Position numbers and translations under genes: made by a program
Shown: positions 9,568 through 20,548 of the stretch, in pieces
Numbering within the stretch: position 1 is the first letter of the stretch
How the letters are laid out: each line of letters starts with the position of its first letter
Source of the DNA: Octopus bimaculoides
Lineage: Eukaryota
Direction of reading: 5' to 3'
Assembly (NCBI RefSeq): GCF_001194135.2
Contig: NC_069003.1
Coordinates: 31,517,191 to 31,581,190 of the forward strand
DNA: 64,000 nt
The notes under the pieces: generated by a model
What the model was told of the DNA's origin: nothing
The model's input: only the letters and a program-made list of their open reading frames with translations
Database searches by the model: none

Positions 9568-12162
9568 CTTATTCATAAATATATATAAAATACTGACCTT
9601 ATACAAATCCTCAGCCAGGCCATAATCACCAACTTTTACAGACAGATCATTGGTCACCAAACAATTACGCAAAGCAAGATCACTACAAGTAAAATAAATG
9701 TGGAAAAGGAAAATGTATTTTAAAAACAATTTCTTTTAAAGTTAGACATAAATACTTACGTGTTAAGGTCATCTCTGCAGATTTTCTGTGGAAATGATAG
9801 CCAACACTGATTTTGTTAGGATGTTTTGTATCCGAGATGCCAGATATAAACAAACAATGAGATCAAAGATGAAAAAGTGGGTAATGGGCGTATAAGCCAT
9901 ATTTCTGGAGTTTTTACTCCTTCATCAGCACTTACCCCAACCCATTAACCATTCACAAGTACCTTGACCTAATATGCTGCAAATCCTTTATTTTGGTTCT
10001 GTAAAAAGGGGAGGGCCTTTTTTCCCCCACTCCTTTTGCCGATCCAAAATAAGTGATTTGCAGCATATTAGGAGGTCAGGATATTTGATTCCACGCCCAA
10101 AAAAAATTCGAGTTTTTTTTTNNNNNNNNNNAAAAAAAAATTAGCAAAAAATCTAACAATGAACGTAGTTGAGACCCTGAAGACAATGATTAGATCCTGT
10201 ACACACTTACCAATGAACATAGTTGTGACGATGAAGACAAGCCAAACCACAGGCAACATCGACAGCAAAATGTAACAAGAGTTTCCTCTCTTTATGCATT
10301 GGTAATTTATTTTCCTGTTCGATGAGGTAACTCTTCAGATCGCCCTATAATATAGAGAGAAAAAGTTAAATTCACACAGATCAACACATATAATAAAGTT
10401 CATAAGTTTCTATGCCACGGGAGGTGAAATCATTAATGTTTTTAGTAAAGCCCTTCACCAAAATCTACGTACGCAAGCGTGCATGTACGCATGTGTGTTG
10501 GCGTGTTCTATATACATCATAGACACACACATACATACATATATATCACTGGGTAATCTTAGGTATGTACCGAAAGATCACCATATCACTGTATTGTTTT
10601 ACTGACCAGACTATCTTATGTTGTTACACACCGCTCAGCTGGTTAAGTGGGCAGGCGAACGTTCCCCCTGAATGGGACGCCAGTCCGTTGCAGAGTGACC
10701 CATTTACAGTTGAGTGGACTGTGGCGACTTGAAATTAATTGTTTTGCTGAAGAACACACGGTAAAGTAAAAATCTACCGAACACACAATACCGTTAGTCT
10801 GAGGATCAAACCACTACACCACGCTCTACATACATATAATGTAATAAAAACTAGAATCCAATGAACATAGCGGTGATCTATGTGAGTACAAATTCTTTAA
10901 TCGAGTTTGTAAATATGAATAAGCTTGTATGCTGTGGGAGACAAAGATCTTGAGGTTTCGTGGGTGAAAGAAAATTTCCCCAACTATAAAGAGATAAGTT
11001 TCAGGTTGAACGGGAGAGTTGCTTCCCTTGATTTTCAATATTTGCTTGACAGATAGATTCAATGTTTTTCTTATTTATTTTAATCCTTTTCAAAGTTATT
11101 TGAATTAATATAAAAAATATTTCTATCGTAGTATTTTATAAGATCTTCTATTGCTCTGTTCTTTCTATACAACATATATTTATAGCGTTTGCAATTTTGA
11201 ACAGATTTTATTTTTTGAATAGATTTTATCTTTTTTTTCAGACTTATAATGCAGGTGTACCAAATAAGTAAAAAAAAAATTTTTTTTAATTATCAAACCC
11301 AATAGTCCTTCAGACTGATTTGTAACAAAAACACTCCTTAGTAATTACTGCTTTTAATTATGACTTAGAAGTGAAAGGGGCAACACCTATGCTCCTTTGT
11401 TGAAGTTACAAAATTAATTGGAAACGATTACTCTCATAGTTGAAAAATATTGGGAATGTGTATTATATATAATGCATGAAGCCGGAGAAATATAAGTTGG
11501 GCATCACATGTAGTTTACAGGACAGGCAAAGGATTAATCCCTCATTCAGTTTAACATCACTCTTAGTACCATGAGCAGAGTCAGCTCGATTGTAAAGTAT
11601 TTGGACAAGTCTCTGGCTTGTGTGTGTGTATGCTCACATGTGCGCGCATGTATATACACAGTCGCCATATTTAATTCCATAACGGCTATCTCTGCCGAGC
11701 GCAGGGTTACATAATCAGACTGTTATCTAACACTCTGTTGAACCCTGCGTGAAACCGATTGATAAGATCGGCTGTAATGGATATATAATACTTTGGTTAA
11801 TATATATGTATATATATGTAGGTAGACAGATAGATAGATAGACAGGCAGATAGATAGCAATATGTTATTTTTATATATACATAAAATACATATATATAAT
11901 TTGAATAAGGTGACAACAAATGAATTTAGTGCATCTCATAAGAAAACCTATTCATCACAGCAAAAAAAGGGATTTCCTAAAACCACTTAGTATGCTTGAA
12001 CATGCAGAGAGGGGCCCCTTCTCCATCAAGCATCGAAATTGCACCAAACTAAATGTAAACTTTATCAGTTGGTCTCTTATTCAACATGGATATGAAATGT
12101 GGAGTGTTGCAAGTTAACATCGATAAACAATATTGAAACCCAACCATGACTTTATGGACACA

Positions 12163-12202
<40 letters not shown>

Positions 12203-13106
12203 CTAATAAATAATGTTAATTATAAATCATAAGAAAAAATCAAACAACTGATTGGATATACAAACCAGTGGGAAATATTCAAAGAGTATGAGGAACGGGA
12301 TAGCTTCAGTACACATTCCAAGTAGTCGGAGTACGTTAGGATGATCTAATATCCTGTGGAATTAGAAAGGAAGAGACAGTACATTACAAATGAAAATATA
12401 TATTTGTGTTTGTATAAATGCGGGTGCATCTGTATGTAACTAACTGGTACCCTGTTGGTTACAATGACGAGAGTACCAGTTGATTTGGTTAATGGAACAG
12501 CCTGCTTGTGAAGTTAACGTGCAAGTGGCTGAGTACTCCACAGTCAGATGTACCATTAACGTAATTCTCAGGGAGATTCAGCATGACATAGAGTGTGACA
12601 AGGCTGGCCCCTTTGAACTAGAAGTGCGACTCATTTTTGCTAGCTGAGTGGACTGGAATGATGTGCCACCAAGAATCAAATTCACAACCTCACAATCATG
12701 AGCTAAAGATGCTAACCACTAAACCATATGTCTTCACTGCATCTGAATGTATGCATACACACACACACACACATGTTTGAGTGCACAATGAAAAATGAAG
12801 CACTCAATACAAACAAGTAGCATATAATACGCATATAATCCTTTTTTCTCTCCTTTTTTTTCTCTGCTTGTTTCTCTCCTTTCTTTCTGTGGTTCTTTCT
12901 GTGGAAGAGCGTAGGCTCGAAACGTTAAAGACTTTCTCAATTCCCGTACGTTATACTAATACATCTATTTGTTTTCTACACCACCTGTCTTCGTCTGTTG
13001 TTTTTTTGTGAATTCTCCNNNNNNNNNNCAGTCCTCAGTCAAGTCGTCCAACCCATGCTAGCATGGAAAGCGGACGTTAAACGATGATGATGATGATGAT
13101 GATGAT

Positions 13107-13148
<42 letters not shown>

Positions 13149-14139
13149 GCGGGACCCGTGAATATTTCACAGAATTAATGGTAAACTTATTGGGTTATTT
13201 CTGAAACTTTTTATCCATTATATATTCTGAAGCATGTGTCTATTGAGTTCTAAGAACAGGTTATTAGTATAGTTATACTGAAACTTACCGGTAACCAGCA
13301 ACTTCTTGGAGGAACTTCTGCATTTCAAGAGCGCTTGCATCATCTCGAAGTACTTGAACAACAACATTACTTTGTCTAACTCCAACCAAAACATTATCAG
13401 CAATTCCTTGGACAACCTTTGCAAAATGAAAAAGAGTTTACAGATTAACAATGTTTAAAACAACTTAGCCAATATTAGCAATAAAACAGAGAAAGATCAT
13501 CATTATCATTATTATTATAATCATTATCATTAATACAGGAAGTTGGCTGAATCATTAACATGCCAGACTAAATAATTAGTAGCATTTCAACTGTCTTTAT
13601 GCTCTGAGTTCAAATTCTCCCAAAGTCAACTTTGCCTTTCATCCTTTTAGGGATCAACAAAATAAGTATCAGTCGATCACTGGGGTCAATGTAATCGACT
13701 AGTCCCCTCCCCAAATATATTAGGTCTTGTTCCTATTGTAGAAAGAATTACTAATATTATTAAGGTGACAAGCTAGCAGAATCGTTAGCACACCTGGTGT
13801 ATTTTGACCATCGCTACGTTCTGACTTCAAATACCGCCAAGGTTAACTTTGCCTTTCATCCTTTCAGGGTCAATAAATTAATTTATTATTATTATTATTA
13901 TTATTTATAAGGCGGTGAGCTGGCAGAATCATTAGCATGCCAGGCAAAATGCTTAGCAGTATTTCATCTGTCTTTACGTTCTGAGTTCAAATTCCGCCAA
14001 GGTCGCCTTTGCCTTTCATCCTTTCAGAGTCGATAAATTAAATTCCAGTTGCGTACTGGTGTCGATCTAATTGACTGGCCTCCTCCCCAAAAATTTTGGG
14101 CCCTGTGCCTAGAGTAGAAAAGATTATTATTGTTATTTA

Positions 14140-14173
<34 letters not shown>

Positions 14174-14542
14174 GGTAGCAGGCTGGTGTAAATCATTAGG
14201 GAACTGGAAAAATACTTTCCGGCTTTTCTTCTTGCTCTTTAGAATCTGAGTTTAAAGTTATTTCTGTAAATTGTCCTTATTTCTAATGAAAGAAGTTAAT
14301 ATTTTGGTATTAAGATGATGGGGCATAGTTTGAAGGAGTTATGGCTGCCATTTCTAGGTAGTTGAGTGAGTATGTAGGGGCTCCCTTGCTGGCTTGTAGT
14401 GGCCATGGCTGCAGTTTATGTTGTTGTTTATCTCCAGGTCAAACCTGATTTAACAGACCTATTGTTGTTGATGTCATTCAGCCTTGGGTTAGCCCCATAA
14501 TCACAAAGCCACTCACTGAATTAATTACATGTGTGTGTGTGT

Positions 14543-14573
<31 letters not shown>

Positions 14574-14911
14574 TGCTATTTCTAGCAGGTCAAGTAGCTA
14601 GTACTTTGATTAGAGTCTCCTTCAGGTTAATTGTTTCGAATGAATCTAAACCGAATGACATTTTTGAATTCACAAAATCATTGAAATGATGGCAGGTCAT
14701 GACTCGTGTTCAGAAGATGAGTCATAACAGGTGAATAAGAAAACTGACAGACTTGATCTTAAGAGACTGAGACGCAGAGGCCAACAGTGAGAAAGATGGG
14801 AAGATGAATTAGATAGACCTGACGAAAATCAGCAGCTGAGTACCCAAAGGTGAAAGTTTTATTGAGAGATAAAAGTGTTCCCCTTTATCTTTTCATAACT
14901 TTCAGCTTTAT

Positions 14912-14970
<59 letters not shown>

Positions 14971-14980
14971 NNNNNNNNNN

Positions 14981-15012
<32 letters not shown>

Positions 15013-16039
15013 AAGAGAGAGCAATGATTAGTTGATTCACTGATAAAAATAATATCAGCAATACAACAATGAAGCATTATAAAAAAAATATATATATAGT
15101 GACCTTGATTGACAAACAATTACAGAGTTTAATTGCCAGTTATTGAAGATGGCACGTAGTAAAACAGAGGAAATTTATGAGAACAATTGAAGAGATAAAG
15201 TCACAAAATGAGTTATGAATTTGTGTGAGAGGTGGGTATAAACAGTTATTACAGACATAGTTTTATCTTAGTTTTGAGGTTACCTTTAAACAGATTCTAA
15301 TCTATACGATAGGTCATTTTGACCTTCAGGTACCTGACAGGTGGTCTGATGTTCAAGCAATTTTGTGGTTGATAAAAATGAACATAAACACACCATTTTA
15401 TTACATACTTACAAAGGACAGAAATTTTAAAGAAATTTTTGTTCCCAGGTCTACACGAACCCATAGTAATCATACCTGTCAAGGTCCCAACTATGGGTAT
15501 TTAATTAGTATATTATGGCTTGCCTGCCTATGCAAGTAAAGAATGGATCTGGCAGACTCTGCGGAAGAAACCTTCATGGTTCAATGGAGGGGAAGGTAGC
15601 TACAGCAGAGAGCAAGATGAGGCAAATAAGACATTTTGGTCATCTCTTGCATCCATCTCCATCTCCAGTTGTCTTGACCTGATCTTTCTACCGGATTAAA
15701 GTTGGTCAGAGATGAGAGAGTCGGGTTTACAGTACATGACTATTCTTCACTTTAACTCTTTAGCATTCAGATTATTCTATCAAATATAATGCTTATGGTT
15801 TGAATTAATTATGCATTATCTCATAGTTTTGAGATTTCAACGATGTCATTGTATATTTTTAGACTGACATTGTATGGTAAGTGTGAGAGGCCGAATCTGG
15901 CCAATTTGGACATAAAATGTGTAGAATATTTGGCTTGGATATGACTGGTTTAAATTCCAAAGGGTTAAAGAAAGTCAGTGAGTAAGTTATCAGTCATCCT
16001 TAAGGATGGCTATATGGCCCTTGTCACTTCAATGGAAGA

Positions 16040-16074
<35 letters not shown>

Positions 16075-18315
16075 TATAGAGATGTAATGTATATATACTA
16101 GTTCTTTTACTTCCTTACCTTATTAATTTGAAAGAGAGAGAGGGGGGAGGGAGAGAGAGATAGTGTTTACAGACTCTGTAATCTATCTCAGGTTAGTGGT
16201 GGAGAAGCAAGCTCACTACAGTTCATATCCAGCTTAAACTTGTACAGATCAATCTCTGGAAAGATCAACCTCAGTAATCGGAAAATGGACCTCTGTAAGA
16301 TTAAAAAAAAAAAGAACAACAGAAAAGAGTATATATATTTACTTACCTGGCCAAACCAGCCCATCCCCATCTCAGAGAGATAGGTGAGTTGTTTACGAGG
16401 GAATGCTTGTTGGAAGGCTGCAACGAGACAGAGAACAGAGATGAGAACAAAATAATTGTATAAATAAAGAATTAAAAAAGGGTTTGTTTTTTTTCCTTCA
16501 AAAGGAACAGATAAGCAGACTGCATGCTGCTGATAAATTAAATTTGTCATGTGAAGAACAAGACTAAAACCAAAGTATAGTATCTGTTTTTTTATCAGCT
16601 TATTATCTGATAAAGACCCATATTCAACGATATCAGATAGCAAGCTTATTTTAGAACAAGGTGGAGACTTAGGAACTACTCCATCTCTACTATGAGGAGG
16701 CCTAGTATTACATTGCAGTACTTCAAGAATTCAGCCTTTTCCACCCAAGGAATAAGAATTATTATTATCTGCCCTTGACACTTTTTTTTTTTATTTTTTT
16801 TTATTTTGTTATATTCTGTCCTTTTTAAGTCCTTGCAGTCAGTAAAAGAAATTATTGTAAACTGTGGTGGATAGTGTATGGACGAGATACCTTACCATAC
16901 TTAACTGTGTCCTGTTATGTCCTTATATTCATACAGGGAGTTTAATTCATCGATTATGGTTGTATGCTCCACCCTCTATACATCTGTCTTCCTTTGCCGA
17001 AATTAGAAATTATTATTTTAGCAGTATCACTTGAGTGTTGAACAAACAAAATACATTGTAATGTTTGTTCTAGCTCTTTATGATCTGAGTTCAAATCCAG
17101 CCTGGTTCAACTTTGTTTTCCATACTTCTGGGACCAAAAAAATAAGTATTGGCTAAGTCCTGGGTGGGACTGATATAATCAACTTTTCCCTCCTCATCAA
17201 ATTTCTAGCCTTGTGCCTATGTAAGAAATCATTTCCATGGGTAGTGGATTGGAATAATTATTAAAGCAGCAGACGAAATGCCTTGTGATATTTGTTCTGG
17301 ATCTTTGCATTCTGAGTTCAAATCCCATTGAAGTTGACTTTGTCTTTCATCCTTCTGGGACTGATAAAAATTAAAATATTGTAAAAATAATTATCAATAT
17401 AATTGACTGTATCCCAATTCTCCAATTTCTGGTTACGATTTCTTTCCTCCTCCTCCTACACTAGTCTTAGTGATCTAACAGCAGTCTTAGACACAGACCT
17501 TTCCTAGTCTGATAAAACAATTTTTGGGGGACTAAAATAAGTAATATTCCATAAAGTGTAAACTTACAGACAATTCTTGAGTTGGGTTCATTGTTGTCAG
17601 TGGCAATACAAGTGATTCTTGGTCTCAGGGCTGTGGTAGCAGGTATTGCTTTTGATAAAATGTCAGGTAACGGCTCAAAATTCACCAACGATGTATTGTC
17701 CACTTCGGGGCCAACACAACCTTCCAAAGGACGTTCTCTTGGATTTTCTGCATCCTCTTCAAAACTCTGGAGGAAGAAAAGACAAAAAAAATTAGTACAT
17801 TTATTAGTTTCAGTCATTGTCATGTGATCTGTGATAATGTATCATAATTTTACTGACCCCAGTACTTGTTCTGATCTGATACTTATTTTATTAAACCCTA
17901 TTTATCAAACTGCTATGTTACAGGCTATGTGAAGGCACATGGCTCAGTGGTTAGAGTGTCAAGCTTACGATCGCGAGGTTGTGCGTTTGAATCCTGGACC
18001 GGGCTGTGTATTGTGTTCTTGAGCAAGACTCTTTATTTCACGTTGCTCCAGATCACTCAGCTGTAGAAATGAGTTGCGACGTCACTGGTGCCAAGCTGTA
18101 TCGGCCCCTTTGCCTTTCCTTTGGATAACCTCGGTGGTGTGGAGAGGGGAGGCCGATATGCATGGGCGACAGCTGGTCTTCCATAAAACAACCTTGCCCG
18201 GGACTTGTGCCTGGGAGGGTAACTTTCTGGGTGCAATCCCATGGTCAGTCATGACCGAAGGGGGTCTCAGCATGTTACAAGGCATATATCACACCACACA
18301 CACACACCACACACA

Positions 18316-18357
<42 letters not shown>

Positions 18358-18965
18358 TATCTTTTATGCTTCAGTCATTGGACTGTGACCATGCTNNNNN
18401 NNNNNNNNNNNNNNNNNNNNNNNNNNNNNNNNNNNNNNNNNNNNNNNNNNNNNNNNNNNNNNNNNNNNNNNNNNNNNNNNNNNNNNNNNNNNNNNNNNNN
18501 NNNNNNNNNNNNNNNNNNNNNNGCTGAACTGCTAAGTTACAGGGACAGAAACAAACCAATATCGGTCGACAGCAATGGTTGGGGATAACACAAACACACA
18601 CATATATATGCAATGGGCTTCCACACAGTTTTCGTCTACCTAATTCATGCACAAGCCTGGGGCTACAGTAGAAGACACTTGCCCAAGATATTGTGCAATG
18701 GTGGGTAAAGTGAGCTTCTTAAGCACACGGCAATGCCTGCACCTGTATCACAAAGATTTTTAAAAAGGAGAACCTTTGTCTTGAACATTTTTTTTTTTTT
18801 TTTCTAATCTATAAAATATCCAGTATTTATAAGACCATTTTCCAAAATATTGAAATAGCAACTTACTTTGAATCTTGTAGATTTTCCAAAGCAGGAGCAC
18901 TGAAATGCCAAGAAGACAATGCTGGCTAGCACCACAATAGAGACCAGTACTGTTATTTCTAGCAT
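4741..18965 (-). CDS. LMTK: LMTK/AATK-family transmembrane kinase-like protein, 10 coding exons, 836 aa: join(complement 18867-18965,17568-17766,16347-16417,13289-13416,12266-12353,10211-10344,9598-9682,7117-7235,6771-6920,4741-6178)
   Basis: Exon lengths 99+199+71+128+88+134+85+119+150+1438=2511 nt. All junctions are GT-AG with matching phases. Family-diagnostic motifs: TM-CxC-..FK|[55 protein letters not shown]. Confidence 0.93.
6771..6920 (-). CDS. LMTK: LMTK coding exon 9 ([49 protein letters not shown])
   Basis: cccag acceptor, GTAAGT donor, subdomains IX-X. Confidence 0.95.
7117..7235 (-). CDS. LMTK: LMTK coding exon 8 ([40 protein letters not shown])
   Basis: ttgtag acceptor, GTAAGC donor, activation segment with PVRWMAPE. 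Confidence 0.95.
7567..7885 (-). mobile_element. SINE family A, older copy
   Basis: Reverse complement of the 8703 element with decay. Confidence 0.85.
8703..9095 (+). mobile_element. tRNA-derived SINE family A, near-consensus full-length copy (others: 39371-39790 +, 7567-7885 -, 29090-29430 -, 59103-59441 -, many fragments)
   Basis: A box TGGCTGTGTGGTAAG, B box GGTTCAGTCC, internal TA/TG microsatellite, tail GACTGAAACAAGTAAAAGA. Recurs more than 15 times in the window. Confidence 0.9.
9293..9520. mobile_element. piggyBac-type MITE, second family (other copies 15751-15967, 24412-24640, 26121-26333; partial 6950-7045)
   Basis: TTAA-(C/T)CTTTAGCATT ... AATGCTAAAGGG-TTAA termini, with shared internal sequence among copies. 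Confidence 0.8.
9598..9682 (-). CDS. LMTK: LMTK coding exon 7 (catalytic loop and DYG: [28 protein letters not shown])
   Basis: ttgtag acceptor, GTCAGT donor. DLALRN and DYG are LMTK hallmarks. Confidence 0.96.
10211..10344 (-). CDS. LMTK: LMTK coding exon 6 ([44 protein letters not shown])
   Basis: tattatag acceptor, GTAAGT donor. Resembles AATK GDLKGYL...ACEVACGVLHLHRNNFVH. Confidence 0.93.
11659..11792 (+). ncRNA. Type I hammerhead ribozyme repeat, copy 2 (core variant CTGCCGA, stem III mismatch)
   Basis: CCATAACGGCT-ATCT-CTGCCGA-GCGCAGGGTT..AACCCTGCGT-GAA-ACC-GATT-GAT-A-AGAT-CGGCTGTAATGG, with a 10-bp stem II. Confidence 0.7.
12266..12353 (-). CDS. LMTK: LMTK coding exon 5 ([29 protein letters not shown])
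   Basis: ttccacag acceptor, GTTTGT donor, HPN motif and hinge. Absent from the ORF track and found by reading the minus strand. Confidence 0.92.
12894..12931 (+). ncRNA. Minimal Penelope-type hammerhead-like motif with palindromic ACGT stem III
   Basis: TCTTT-CTGTGGA-A-GAGC-GTAG-GCTC-GAA-ACGT-T-AAAGA. Stem I is TCTTT/AAAGA and stem II is GAGC/GCTC. The core has U at position 6. Confidence 0.5.
13289..13416 (-). CDS. LMTK: LMTK coding exon 4 ([42 protein letters not shown])
   Basis: ttgcaaag acceptor, GTAAGT donor, phase 0 to 2. Resembles AATK QVVVKELQASASVQEQMQFLEEVQPYR. Confidence 0.92.
16347..16417 (-). CDS. LMTK: LMTK coding exon 3 (Gly-rich loop, [23 protein letters not shown])
   Basis: ttgcag acceptor, GTAAGT donor. 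Resembles AATK RHSLLYLKEIGRGWFGK. Confidence 0.92.
17568..17766 (-). CDS. LMTK: LMTK coding exon 2 (juxtamembrane, SFEEDAEN...NSRIV)
   Basis: cctccag acceptor, GTAAGT donor, phase 0 to 1, open frame (ORF 17467..17823). Confidence 0.85.
17931..18270 (+). mobile_element. tRNA-derived SINE family D (others 24058-24290, 56919-57025; minus 10625-10825, 36340-36460, 41770-41865)
   Basis: Head GGCACATGGCTCAGTGGTTAG..TTTGAATCC followed by TGTGTTCTTGAGCAAGAC. Confidence 0.8.
18867..18965 (-). CDS. LMTK: LMTK coding exon 1: [33 protein letters not shown] (signal-anchor TM plus CxC). The full exon, including UTR, spans 18867-19014.
   Basis: Acceptor tttttcag at 19015-19016 and donor GTAAGT at 18866. 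In-frame TGA stops lie upstream of the ATG. The hydrophobic stretch followed by Cys and ..FK mirrors vertebrate LACLCCKKGGIGFK|EFE. Confidence 0.85.
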
Positions 18966-19927
18966 TATCAATCAACTGTTCAGTCAGAAGCTGTCTAAGT
19001 CAAGTGAAACCCATCTGAAAAAGATGAAGAAGACAATGGATATGTTTAGAGATTTACCAACAGTGTGGTTATAATACATAGGATTGTGTATAGCGGAATC
19101 GTAAAATCTGATTGCTCCGGTATGGCCATAATGTATGATTGCATAGTACAATGGTTGCCAACCAGGGTCTATATGAGATTTTGTTGTTAAAATTTATCGG
19201 CAATATATTGTTTATAGTTTTACAATACACAGAATATTTCAACTTTTTTATATACAATTCCTAATGATATTTAATTACAAAAATACAGGATCTTTTTTTT
19301 TTTTTATATATATATATATATATATCGAATGGGTATGGAAGTCCAGTGGGGTAATAAAAGGAATCAAAGGGATCCATAGGCAAAAAATGATTGAGAACCA
19401 CAGGCATAGAATATGGGTATATATGAGAGAGTGTATGTTTAATATATGATAGTTCATTGGCCATATATAATTGCATGTGGTAGGGCTATAAAGTACATAA
19501 CCGTCTGTAGTTTGGTCGTGTAAGATTTTATATTTATTACACTCTCGGAGTGGTTGGCATTAGGAAAGGCATCCAGCCGTAGACACCATGCTAAATCAGA
19601 GTGCAGTCAAGTGCAACCATCCAACGTGCCAGCCCGGTCAAACCATCCAACCCATGCCAGCATGGACAATGGACATTAAAGGATGGTGATTATGATAATA
19701 TATATATATATATATATATATACATACACACATACAAGAGTTAAGGAATGGAGTAGATAAGATCCAGCCTACATATGTTTCAAGCAAGGTGTATACTGCA
19801 GGTTAGTCTTCAGGCCAAGGACACCTTGATTAAATGAAAGTTTACATTGTTGCAGTGAGGTACATGTTAACACATGGAAGATTCAATCAGAATGTGTAGC
19901 AAACATAGTAGGAGTGGAGAATATATG

Positions 19928-19971
<44 letters not shown>

Positions 19972-19984
19972 ATAATCCAAGTAT

Positions 19985-20172
19985 ACATTGGATATTAGAT
20001 AACAGGGTGGTGGTCTAATATATATGCTCTTCAGGGATGGCTGGTTTGAAAAACAATATGGTGATTGTTCTCTATTATTGAAGGTGTGTAAGTGTCGTAT
20101 GTACTAGGTAGCTACCCTAATATCTGGTATAAAAGCAACTGATAAGATTGACTGTAATGGATCCGTGATACT
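19985..20172. repeat. Two degenerate back-to-back fragments of the hammerhead repeat (5' half on minus, 19985-20067; decayed copy on plus, 20075-20172)
   Basis: The minus fragment reads CACCATATT..CCAGCCATCC-CTGAAGA-GC..CTGTTATCTAA. The plus fragment ends GATAAGATTGACTGTAATGGAT..GATACT. Confidence 0.5.
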
Positions 20173-20429
20173 TCATGCTTTGATTATTATACTCACTCTA
20201 TCGACAAATATACAAGTGCCTACTTTTTCTGACTTCTGAATTATTAGACAACTATATATNNNNNNNNNNNNNNNNNNNNNNNNNNNNNNNNNNNNNNNNN
20301 NNNNNNNNNNNNNNNNNNNNNNNNNNNNNNNNNNNNNNNNNNNNNNNNNNNNNNNNNNNNNNNNNNNNNNNNNNNNNNNNNNNNNNNNNNNNNNNNNNNN
20401 NNNNNNTATATATATTAATCAATGTATAC

Positions 20430-20548
20430 AGTATTATATATCCATTACAGCTGATCTTATCAATCAGTTTTGCACTAGGGGTTCACTGGAGTGTTAGATA
20501 ACAGCCCAATTATGTAACCCTGTGCTCATCAGAGATGGTAGTTATGGA
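20430..20548 (-). ncRNA. Type I hammerhead ribozyme repeat, copy 3 (G12A, probably dead)
   Basis: Minus strand: ATCT-CTGATGA(20532-20526)-GCACAGGGTT..AACCCCTAGTGC-AAA-ACT-GATT-GAT-A-AGAT. Confidence 0.65.

Noticed and set aside
10826-11062. ORF as the missing kinase subdomain IV-V exon
   Set aside because: It has no kinase motifs. The true exon is 12266-12353.
14698-14728. Inverted AP-1-like pair ATGACTC..GAGTCAT as an intronic enhancer
   Set aside because: A 7-bp stem and short motifs are expected by chance in 64 kb, and there is no independent support.
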